Shown here: in pieces, positions 15,317 through 16,080 of the stretch
How the letters are laid out: every line of letters begins with the position of its first letter
Position numbering within the stretch: the stretch's first letter is position 1
From: Promethearchaeia archaeon
GTDB lineage: Archaea; Asgardarchaeota; Lokiarchaeia; Sigyniarchaeales; SOKP01
Assembly: GCA_046497275.1 (NCBI GenBank)
Contig: JAWOFX010000015.1
Span: 1 to 16,080 of the forward strand
Length of the DNA stretch: 16,080 bases
Reading direction: 5' to 3'
Translations under genes and position numbers: made by a program
Notes under the pieces: model-generated
Databases searched by the model: none
Told to the model about the DNA's origin: nothing
Seen by the model: only the letters and a program-made list of their open reading frames with translations

Positions 15317-16080
15317 ATGGAACTTGAAACTTTAAAAGATTTATTAGATATAGATAAGAGAGAACTCCTTTTTAGTAAAACCTTATCTAAATTGAAGAGC
15401 TTTGCTAACTTAAACTACATAGAATATGATGAAGGGAAGACTAAAGAAGGGGTTGTCCCCTGCTTGAAATTAAGTATGGAAAAAAAAATAAAAGGAAAAA
15501 AATATTTAAAAGTGTTTGTTGGAGCGCAGCATAATGAATATAATGGCCTTTTTGGAATAATAGAATTCTTGGATGATTTAAGAGAAGGGAATATTAGATG
15601 GGAAAAAATAGGAAGATTTGATCAAGATATAATCTTTTTCCCATTAATGAATCCTTATGGATTTTTGAATCCCAGTAAAACAAATAAATCGGGATATTAT
15701 TTAAAAGATGGAAGCAACCTTAATAGATATTGGAGGAAAACATTTGTTCCAGATTCTCCTTATAGTGATAAAGATGCAAATGGGCATCCCATCCCAGAAA
15801 ATGCGAGGTACGTAAAAGAAACTTTGCAGAAATATTGGGAAAATGAAAAAATCAGCATTTATTTATTAGATTTTCATGAAACTTCCTTGCTTGAAAAATA
15901 TCCACGGAATCTCATTAATAATTTAAGGAAGAAATCGATAACATACAAATTCGATCACTGGCTCAAAGAAGGCATAATTCTGAATATTATGAAATTGAAT
16001 GAGATCAGATATTTCAGAAGACCTCTATTTAGAAAGTGTACTCCTTCAGCTAATCATGATCATATCAATTTAAACTATAA
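15317..16080 (+). CDS. M14-like zinc carboxypeptidase / AstE-AspA superfamily protein (partial, runs off the right edge)
   Basis: I translated this by hand; it is not in the ORF track. The ATG at 15317 is followed by 254 open codons to the window end (MELETLKDLL...). M14 motifs occur in order: VFVGAQHNE (15521-15538), FPLMNPYG (NPDG-like), GSNLNRYW (DLNR.W-like) and LLDFH (third Zn ligand, 15869-15877). Confidence 0.8.
   Translation, partial: MELETLKDLLDIDKRELLFSKTLSKLKSFANLNYIEYDEGKTKEGVVPCLKLSMEKKIKGKKYLKVFVGAQHNEYNGLFGIIEFLDDLREGNIRWEKIGRFDQDIIFFPLMNPYGFLNPSKTNKSGYYLKDGSNLNRYWRKTFVPDSPYSDKDANGHPIPENARYVKETLQKYWENEKISIYLLDFHETSLLEKYPRNLINNLRKKSITYKFDHWLKEGIILNIMKLNEIRYFRRPLFRKCTPSANHDHINLNY

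Noticed and set aside
1-16080. CRISPR array, rRNA, tRNA, IS/transposase, intein
   Set aside because: By eye I found no regularly spaced 25-40 nt repeats, no GC-rich structured RNA-like island, no transposase or integrase motifs and no intein splice signatures. A tRNAscan/Infernal run would be needed to exclude small ncRNAs.

Overview
AT-rich archaeal chromosomal window. The gene set (archaeal RpoD/Rpo3, eL18, TrmI, Clp1-like kinase, FmdE) and composition fit an Asgard archaeon such as Lokiarchaeia, but that assignment is inference. The left two-thirds is housekeeping: a partial ORF, a tRNA-binding OB-fold gene overlapping trmI, a COG1340-like coiled-coil protein, glyA, rpoD-rpl18e-rpl13-rps9, divergent aroA/aroC, a Gfo/Idh/MocA oxidoreductase, an 80-aa helical protein and a Mut7-C RNase. 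The right third (11370-16080) is a same-strand run: FmdE-family protein, GNAT acetyltransferase, Clp1/Nol9-like kinase with a shortened P-loop, a circularly permuted ATP-grasp ligase, and an M14-like zinc carboxypeptidase. The peptidase starts 1 nt after the ligase stop, is missing from the supplied ORF track and runs off the window end. This ligase-peptidase pair is the best candidate for an undescribed peptide-tagging (writer/eraser) or peptide-metabolite system. I saw no tRNA, rRNA, CRISPR array or transposase. All family calls come from motif recognition by eye, with no database searches.
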